Shown here: in pieces, positions 54,857 to 64,000 of the stretch | Position numbering within the stretch: position 1 is the first letter of the stretch | How the letters are laid out: each line of letters begins with the position of its first letter | Source: Octopus vulgaris | Lineage: Eukaryota | Reading direction: 5' to 3' | DNA: 64,000 nt | Assembly: GCA_951406725.2 (NCBI GenBank) | Contig: OX597818.1 | Coordinates: 130,696,001-130,760,000 of the forward strand | Translations under genes and position numbers: made by a program | The notes under the pieces: generated by a model | Seen by the model: the letters and a program-made list of their open reading frames with translations, nothing else | What the model was told of the DNA's origin: nothing | Database searches by the model: none

Positions 54857-56554
54857 CATTTTGTTCAGTGCACTAATGATTCTTATTTCTTTATTACCCA
54901 CAAGGGGCTAAACACAGAGGGGACAAACAAGGACAGACAAAGGGATTAAGTCGATTACATCAACCCCAGTGCATAACTGGTACTTAATTTATCGACCTCG
55001 AAAGGATGAAAGGCAAAGTCGACCTTGGCGGAATTTGAGCTCAGAACATAAAGGCACATGAAATGCCACTAAGCATTTTGCCCTGCTTATGCTAACAATT
55101 CGGCAAGCTTGCTGCCTCATGGTTTTAAATTTTGGTACAAGTCTACTTATTTTTGTTGGGTAGAGAGTAAGTTGATTACATTGACCCCTATGCTACACGG
55201 GTATGTATTTTATCAACTCCAAAGTGACGAAAGGCAAAATCAAGCTCAGTGGAATTTGAATTCAGAATGTAAAGACAGAAAGAAATGCCAATAACCATTT
55301 TGCCTGGCTTATGCTAATGATTCTGCCAGTTCGCCACCTTAACAAGGAGCAATGTTACCAATGAGAATAACAATGACAAGAACAACAACAACAACAGTAG
55401 CACCACCAATAGCAACAACAATAACAGCAGCAACAGAGGGACTGGCCCACCACCACTGCTACTACAAGCAAGAAGAATGACAACAACAACAAGTTAAGTA
55501 CCACCAATAACAACAACGATAAACAAAAGATTCCAGTAGCCAGAATCAGAAGAGGTTGTGCTTGAGAAGAGTTAACTGTCTCAACCATATGATTAGGTGG
55601 GGTTAGCCAGCAAAGATTATCAGACGATTATGAAAGCAATGATGATGATGATGATAATGATGATAATGATGATGGTGATGATGATGATGATAACAACAAC
55701 AACAACACCGATGATAACAATATTAACAACAATGACAAACAACAGTGGGGGAAATCGCTACAAGGAATGAAATGAGTGTGAAAAGAATGGAATCAGATGA
55801 AATAAGAGAGATTTAACAAAAATTGCTAATTGCTTTCGGAGCAAGGAACTGAAAATATTATGGTGTTGGTGTTGCTGCTGATGATGATAATGGTAATGAT
55901 GGTGATAATGGTAGTATTGGTGGTGGTGGTGGTGGTGGTAGTGGTAGTGGTGGTAGTGGTGATGTAGTGTTGGTGTTATTGTTGTTGTTTTTGATGGTGG
56001 TGGTAGTGGTGGTGGTGGTGGTCATGTTGGTGATGATGCAGTGGCAGTGGGGGTGGTGGGGTGAGTTAATCTGTTAAAGGGATTAAAACAGAATAATTAG
56101 AATTGCTGGTCTTTATGTTTGTCATTTTGAACAAAGACATCGGTTTGAAAGAAATATTGTAAGCCTGTATGTGTGTATACACACACACACACACTTATGC
56201 ATGTGTGTGCATTTGTGTGTGTGTGTGTGCGTGTGGGAGAGATAGAGTCCTTGTATGTGTTTACATATATATGTGTATGTATGTGCATGTACACATGTAC
56301 ATGCATGCGTCTTCATGTCCAAATATGTGTACGTCTGTGCGTATGAGTGTCTTTTCATATGAATATGCTTGCGAGTGTAAATTGTGTGTGATGTGTGAGT
56401 ACTTGTAAATGCACCAGTGCATGCATTCACATGTGCGTGTATTATATAAATGCATACAAGCAACATTATACATGTGTGTGTGTGCATGCATAATAAAGCA
56501 TGTGTACATGTGAGGAGATGTTTGTGTATGCATTATAGAGTTAAAAGCTACTCA

Positions 56555-56555
<1 letters not shown>

Positions 56556-56604
<49 letters not shown>

Positions 56605-56626
56605 TATCATCATCATCATCATCATT

Positions 56627-56679
<53 letters not shown>

Positions 56680-56701
56680 TATCATCATCATCATCATCAT
56701 T

Positions 56702-56769
<68 letters not shown>

Positions 56770-57010
56770 TATCATCATCATCATCATCATCATTTAGCTT
56801 CCGTTGTCCATTATGGCATGGGTTTGATGGTTTGACCAAGGCTGGCAAGATGCAAGGCTGCATCAGACTCCAGCTTGATTTGATATGGTTTCTATGGCTT
56901 GATGCCCTTCTTAATGCTGACCACTCCAAGAGTATAATTGGTGTGATTTTACGTGTCACTGGCACAGGTGCCATTTGCGTGACACCGGTATCTGCCACGA
57001 TTGCGAATTT
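56556..57010 (-). mobile_element. RTE 3' UTR fragment with a greatly expanded (GAT)n tail
   Basis: (CAT)n at 56556-56793 abuts tttagcttccgttgtccattatggcatgggtt, the antisense tail. Confidence 0.8.
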
Positions 57011-58242
57011 GCTCGGCTTGATGGGTCTTTTTCTCAAGCACGACATAATGCCAAAGGTCTTGGTCATTGCCTCCATGAAGTCCATCACTCGAAAGGAACA
57101 TTACATCAACCCCAGTGCATGACTGGTATTTATTTTATCGACCCTGAAAGGATGAAAGGCAACGTTGACTTCAGCAGAATTTGAACTCAGAGCATAATGG
57201 CAGATGAAACATTTTGCCCCGACATCCTAACGATTCTGCCATCTCACCACCTTATTTGCTCAGAAATATTGGTTTCAAATTTTGGCACAAGGCCAGCAAT
57301 TCTGGGGGAGAGGGATAAGTCGATTACATCGACCCCAGTGCACAACTGGTGCTTATTTTATTGGGTCCAAAAGGATGAATGGCAAAGCTGACCAAGACAA
57401 ATGAAATACTGTTAAGCACCTCAACCAGCATTGGTAAAGATTCTACCAACTTGCTTCCTTCATTCAACTATGAATATTGATTTCAAATTTTGGCACAAGG
57501 CCAGCAATTCCAAAAGAGGCTTAAGTTGATTACATCAGCCCCAATGCACAACTGGTACTAATTTTATAGACCCAAAAAGAATGTGAAGTAAAGGTGGACT
57601 TGGCAGAATTCAAACATAGAACATGAAGACAGATGAAATGACTAAGTATTTTGCTCAGTATGCTAAATATTCTGTCAGATCACCGCCTTCTTTATCGCTG
57701 CATATTTGCACACAAAATTGAGAGCAAATGCTTGTTTGTATATGTGTGTATATCTGAGAGTGAGTGGCTAAAGAGACTGCTTTGCAATTATTACATTCTA
57801 GGTTCCACCCCACTTCATGGAACCTTGGGCAAGTATCTTTTCATACAGCCTTGAGGAAATCCAAACCTAATGAGTAAAACTGGAGAGAGGGGAAACTGTG
57901 AGGAAGACTATAAGAACTTTACTCATAATTCAAAGGGAGCAGTTTTGCCACACTCTCGTACTGGCTCAACCCAAGGTTTGTATTATTCACACACAAGTCT
58001 ATGAGATACTCAGCCATACAGTTTCAATGGAAAATAGTTCACTTAATCATACATGGATGAGAGTGAAACCATTTACTTCTTTATTTTTATCTAAATCTAT
58101 ATACGGTTGTGTGTGCATATGTGTATGGATAGAGACATAACCTCATACATGTATGTATGATAGAGGCTTGAAGAGAGAGAGGCAGGGAATATGTATTATA
58201 TATGTATATGCATACACCCCTCACACATATTCATATCTATAT

Positions 58243-58655
58243 CTCTTTTACTCTTTTACTTGTTTCAGTCAGTTGACTGCGGCCATGCTGGAGCACCGCC
58301 TTTAGTCGAGCAGCTCGACCCAAGGACTTATTCTTTGTAAGCCCAGTACTTATTCTATCGGTCTCTTTTGCTGAACCGCTAAGTAACGGGGACATAAACA
58401 CACCAGCATCGGTTGTCAAGCAATGCTAGGGGGACAAACACAGACACACAAACATACAAGCACACATATATATATACATATATACATATATACGACAGGC
58501 TTCTTTCAGTTTCCGTCTACCAAATCCACTCACAAGGCTTTGGTCAGCCCAAGGCTATAGTAGAAGACACTTGCCCAAGGTGCCATGCAGTGGGACTGAA
58601 CCTGGAACCATGTGGTTGGTAAGCAAGCTACTTACCACACAGCCACTCCTGCACC
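58243..58655 (-). mobile_element. Full-length SINE family B
   Basis: Closely matches 7212-7609. Confidence 0.92.
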
Positions 58656-58761
58656 ACTCCATACATATGTATATATATGTGCATGTGTGTATAGAGGGTG
58701 ACCCAAAAGTAGGTTTACAGTTATCATGTAGGCACATTAAATTTCTTTTAAAACATGTTAA

Positions 58762-58792
<31 letters not shown>

Positions 58793-60394
58793 CATGCATG
58801 CATATAAATATATATATATACATATTTATACAGGTATACATATACATATACATTAGAGACATTAAAAACAATATACATAGATATTTATATACACTTATAC
58901 ACACACACATTTACATATACATACAGACACATACACACATATAGATGTAAAGGTTGGAATTTATGAGCCTCAAAATTAGTTCTTTCTAATTTTGACACAA
59001 AGTGTTTCACTCATAAACACACACACATCACCTGGTCTGAGATCTGAGCCCACGATCCCTCGACTGCTCTAACCATGTAACTCCACTAAACATTATTGAC
59101 TACACCTTCAAGCAGTGCCTCTCCAACCTCAGATCCTTGTTCAAGATCCCAAAGAGATGATACATCACATCCTTGGCCAGCCATGTGTGATGCCTGAAGG
59201 ATGAAGGGACATCACATGTAATCTCATGGAAGAGCCAAGAAAATCTGGGTCCCTATATATCAACGGGAGCAAGCTTTGCAAACTGTCCATAGTTGAATGG
59301 GTGAGAATATTAAAGAACTCCATCAAGCCAAGGATTATCTTAAATTCCAGGATGGAAGCCTTTGGCCCTTGTTTACACTTTAGGAGATTCGTACTGAAGT
59401 CCTGGGACCCACAAAATGACCAGGTTGAACAGTCTAAAGAAAACAGTTCCTTGTGCTTAATCCTTCTCCTTCGTTTGTGAGTTTGACAACTGGCCATTTC
59501 TCCCTCCATTTTGAAGACAGGCTATAGGCCACTGACCATTAAGGTCTGATGAAACATTGTAAATCTAAGCACTTTATGGATGTTAAACCCAGGGTAACCC
59601 CTTAAACTGGCCCTGACTATCTTTATCTATCTACTCTACTGTCTATAACTTTGAGCATGCTTCTCTTTTGGATTTATGATTTCCTGATGATATATATATA
59701 TATATATATATATAGCAATTTAATAAATAAAACATATGCATACATACATACATATATGTACATACCTGCATCTATATGTATATATACATGCATATATATA
59801 TATATGAGTACAGGACACCACAAATAAATGTAGAACACAACGAGAAACAAAAACATAAAATCAAACAAGGAAATGGACTTTTTTTAACAACGAAAAAACA
59901 GAGTACAAGACAAACAATACAAGGAATATTCCCCTTCATCAGCTGCCCCTGTTTCAACTCAATGCGTGTTTCAAAGGTAAGGGCAGAACACGATCTGGCC
60001 GAAGAGTCCTTCCTGCAAAATGATTTAAATAAAATTCTTTTGCAGAGGGGTAAAAAAAGTGACAAGAACAGGACGTAAAAGCAATACAAACAAAGAAAAA
60101 AAAACAGTACACATAAAGAATAAAAACAGGACAAGGAAACCAACAATAAGGGCTTTTTTTTAAGCCTAGACGGTGGAAAAATTCAGGGGTGAAGTCCACC
60201 ACATAAACATGCTTGCTTTATCTCTCTCTCTCTATCTATCTATCTTTCTCACACACACTATATAAAGCAACACAAAAGTACTAATCTTCGAAATCCTAAT
60301 TGATTTACGGACAAATGGTGGGTATTGCAAATGCTGTCTGTCCGTCTATCTTTCTGTCTGTCTGTCTGTCTATCTATTTATCTATCTATCTATA

Positions 60395-60458
<64 letters not shown>

Positions 60459-60465
60459 AAGAGGA

Positions 60466-60500
<35 letters not shown>

Positions 60501-61209
60501 AAGAAAGAAAGAAAGAGAGAGAAAACAGAGAGGATTAAAGAAGGAATGAGAGAGAGAGAGAATACTGAAATAGGAGACATGATGAGAGAACATGGTTAGA
60601 GGGAGAGAGAGGAGGAGAGAAAAAGACCTGTACAAATCAATTAATCGTGCCATACCAAGTTCTCTGTGTAAAACTCCCATTTTTGAATTTAAGACCCCCC
60701 ACCCACACCCTCTAGGAATATTAAGATAAACCAAAGCAAAAATATGAAAATAAATGATAACAATAATTAACCATAAAAAAAGTAAAAATAAACAAACATG
60801 ACATACCTACAAACACACACACACACATATAAATGCACACATACATACATACACATATTTACATACATGTACGTTTACAAAAATTAAATTATTCAAAAAT
60901 GAAAAAAAAAAAAAAGACCCCAGCATTCTAAACTTATTAAAAGCAATCAGACAATGTTTTAGTATAAAACATTGTCCAAACAAAATACTTTCAGTATTTT
61001 TAAATTGTATTTTGATTTTTCTGTTTGCTAATAATTTAATTTTTTTTTCCATTCTTTTTTTTTTTATAATTCTACTCATTCTCAAAAGCACAAAAAAAAT
61101 AAAACATAAATATATTTTTAAAAAATTATCAATATCTATTTTCATTGTTTTATCAGTTTACTAAAAAAATTTTTTTCCATAAACAAAATTTTTATTATTA
61201 TCATTATTA

Positions 61210-61245
<36 letters not shown>

Positions 61246-61270
61246 GTGACAGAAGTAGTTGTTGTTTTTA

Positions 61271-61323
<53 letters not shown>

Positions 61324-61330
61324 CATTATT

Positions 61331-61407
<77 letters not shown>

Positions 61408-62205
61408 ATTAGTACTCATATTATGCTGCATTTTTTAATATATTTTTTTTATTTTATTATTTTCTTTTTTTTTTTTCCTTTCTAGCAATGTTATGGGCTA
61501 AATTTCAGTAGACGTATTATGTTCAAACAGCACATTTTATTTCACTCGACAAATGACAGTAAACGAATAAATGAAATAATAAATAAAAAACAAAAACAAA
61601 AAAAAAAAATAAGACACTCCCTATCCTAAAATAAAATAATAATTAGCAAAAAATAACAATAATGATGATAATAATAATAACGATGAAAAATGACGGTGGT
61701 AGTAGTAGTAGTATTGGTAGTGGTGGTAATGATGATGAGGATGGTGATGAAGATAATGATGGAAAACATGCAAATAAAGTGATGTATAGAAACTAAAGAG
61801 ACATTAGTAAAACATGTCAATATGTACATGTGTGTTTGTATGTATGTATGTATGAATATATACAAAAGGACAAGTACACATGTCTCTGATAAGATAGCCG
61901 AATCATAATTCCCTCATACAGTAGTCACACATATATTAATCAATCCTATAATCAATCAATCAAATGAAATAGAGAACAGACTTACTCCATTTATCTTCTT
62001 CACAGCTAAACCATAAATGTGATTATTATACTAGCAAATTATGATTTTTTCCTAACTTATTAGAAACGTGCGTAAGCTAGCTAAAATAAAATGTATAAAT
62101 TTTTTCATTACTTTTGTGATTTTTCTATTATACTCTGTAACAACATGCCAATTTTAATTGGCGACTGAACTTCTGATTTACAAATTGGTCAGGTGAAGGT
62201 GTACT

Positions 62206-62511
62206 GGAGGCACATGGCCTGGTGGTTAGAGCAGCAGACTCACGGTCGAGGGATCGTGGGTTCGAATCTCAGACCGGGTGATGTGTGTGTCTATGAGCGA
62301 AACACCTAAGCTCCAGGCAGGTCCAGCAGAAGGTAATGGCGAACTTCTGCTGACTCTTTTGCCACAACTTTCTCTCAATCTTTCCTCCTGCATCTTGCAG
62401 CTCACCTGCAATGGACCGGCATCCCATCCAGGTGGGGAACCTATACGCCAAGGAAACCAGGAAACTGGCCCTAACGACCCAGGCATGGCTTGAGAAGGAA
62501 CAAACAACAAA
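62206..62511 (+). mobile_element. tRNA-derived SINE family D with 14-bp TSD
   Basis: Head tggcctggtggttagagc...gggttcgaatct, (AAAC)n tail, and caggtgaaggtgta at 62190-62203 and 62512-62525. Confidence 0.9.
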
Positions 62512-63475
62512 CAGGTGAAGGTGTATTGAATTACATATGACCTGGATTTCTACATCTATCTCAGACCAATTTCGTTAACCTGGCTTATTTTTCTTCAAGG
62601 AGAGCTTATAAAGTATTTTGCCTGGAACCTTAATTCCTTTTTTCATTTGATATATATAACCTCATAGTTCCAGGTTCAGTCCTACTGCATGGCACCTAGG
62701 GTAAACGTCTTCTACTACAGCTTCAGAGCAACCAAATCCTTGTGATTGGGTTTGGTGGACAGAACTCTAAGAAGCCTATCATGTGTCTGTGTGTGTGTGT
62801 GTATTTTTGTGTCTCTGTTTGTCCCACACCACTGTTTGACAACTAGTGATGATGGCCTTACAGACTCATAATTTAGCAGTTTAGCAAAAGGGATCAATAG
62901 AATAAGTATCAGACTAAAAAAAATAAGTCCATTTGACTAAATTTCTGCAAGGCAGCATCCCAGCATGACTGTAGTCTGATGACTGAAACAAGTAAAAGAA
63001 TATATATATGTACGTATGTATGTGCATGTGGGTGTGTATATATATATACGTGGAGGATCAGAATGGAAATCGATCAATGGAAATTGCAGATGTGTTACCA
63101 GTGCCGGTGGCATGTAAGAGAACCTTCCGTTTCGTGACCGTTGCCAGCACCACCCCGTTTCGTGTCCATTGCCAGCCTCGCCTGGCCCTCGTGCCCGGTG
63201 GCACATAAAAAGCACCATCCGTTCGTGGCCGTTTGCCAGCTCTGTCTGGCACCTGTGCGGGTGGCACGTAAAAAGCACCCACTACACTCACGGAGTGGTT
63301 GGTGTTAGGAAGGGCATCCAGCTGTAGAAACACTGCCAGATTTGACTGGGCCTGATGAAGCCTTCTGGTTTCACAGACCCCAGTAGAACCGTCCAACCCA
63401 TGCTAGCATGGAAAACAGATGCTAAACGATGATGATGATGATGATGATGATATATATATATTAACAAAACATTAA

Positions 63476-63810
63476 GGCGCATGGCTCAGTGGTTAGGGTG
63501 TCGAGCTTACGATCATGAGGTTGGGAGCTCGAACCCCGTACCGGGCTGCGTATTGTGTTCTTGAGCAAGACACTTTATTTCACGTTGCTCCAGTTCACTC
63601 AGCTGTAGAAATTAGCTGCGACATCACAGGTGCCAAGCTGTATCGGCCTTTGCCTTTCCCTTGGATAACACTGGTAATGTGGAGAGAGGAGGCCGGTATG
63701 CATGGGTGACTGCTGGTCTTCCATAAACAACCTTGCCCAGACTTGTGCCTGAGAGGGTAACTTTCTAGGTGCAATCCTATGGTCTGTGTCATGACCGAAG
63801 GGGGTCTCAG
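63476..63810 (+). mobile_element. tRNA-derived SINE with 13-bp TSD
   Basis: Head ggcgcatggctcagtggttaggg; attaacaaaacat at 63460-63472 and 63813-63825. Confidence 0.88.
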
Positions 63811-64000
63811 AGATTAACAAAACATAGGTTTAGTTATGTAATTTAGAAGTTCATTTCACAACCAGATGTTTCTGGTTTTGACCCTGCAATGCAGTATGTT
63901 GGATAGGCATTTTATATGGGAGATTCAAATTGACCAATGGCTTGTGAGAGAAATTTGGCAACAGGAAACTGTGCAGAATCCCATCATACATGTACACACA

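Larger units (their letters stand above)
53660..55340 (-). repeat. Degenerate multi-unit cluster of SINE-A-related units
   Basis: Repeated ggaatttgaactcagaa...gctaa...tctgccag blocks, interrupted by other insertions. Confidence 0.75.

Noticed and set aside
59925-59985. Antisense CTGATGA with nearby GAAAC, or a 34-nt plus-strand exon cag/...aag/GTAAGG
   Set aside because: No closed three-stem hammerhead fold could be drawn, and the micro-exon has no supporting partner exons. Probably an old repeat fragment.

Overview
AT-rich, repeat-saturated eukaryotic DNA, about 64 kb. The SINE/LINE content and extreme microsatellite load suggest a cephalopod, probably Octopus; this is an inference, not a database match. 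I could not confidently identify any host protein-coding gene. Nearly all supplied ORFs are microsatellite read-throughs or SINE translations. The real coding remnants are non-LTR retrotransposon 3' ends (several RTE-clade, one CR1-like), an internally deleted DD37D Tc1/mariner, two non-autonomous Helitrons and TTAA piggyBac-like MITEs. At least four tRNA-derived SINE families are present, several with clear target-site duplications (TSDs). The most notable non-obvious content is five well-formed type I hammerhead ribozyme motifs (four sequence variants, all with a GUA cleavage site and palindromic stem III). They sit in short AT-rich cassettes next to (TA)n tracts, and several cassettes are fold-back palindromes. 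The clearest is a 501-bp palindrome with a single mismatch that carries one hammerhead on each strand. This architecture fits Penelope-like-element pseudo-LTR or retrozyme-type elements.
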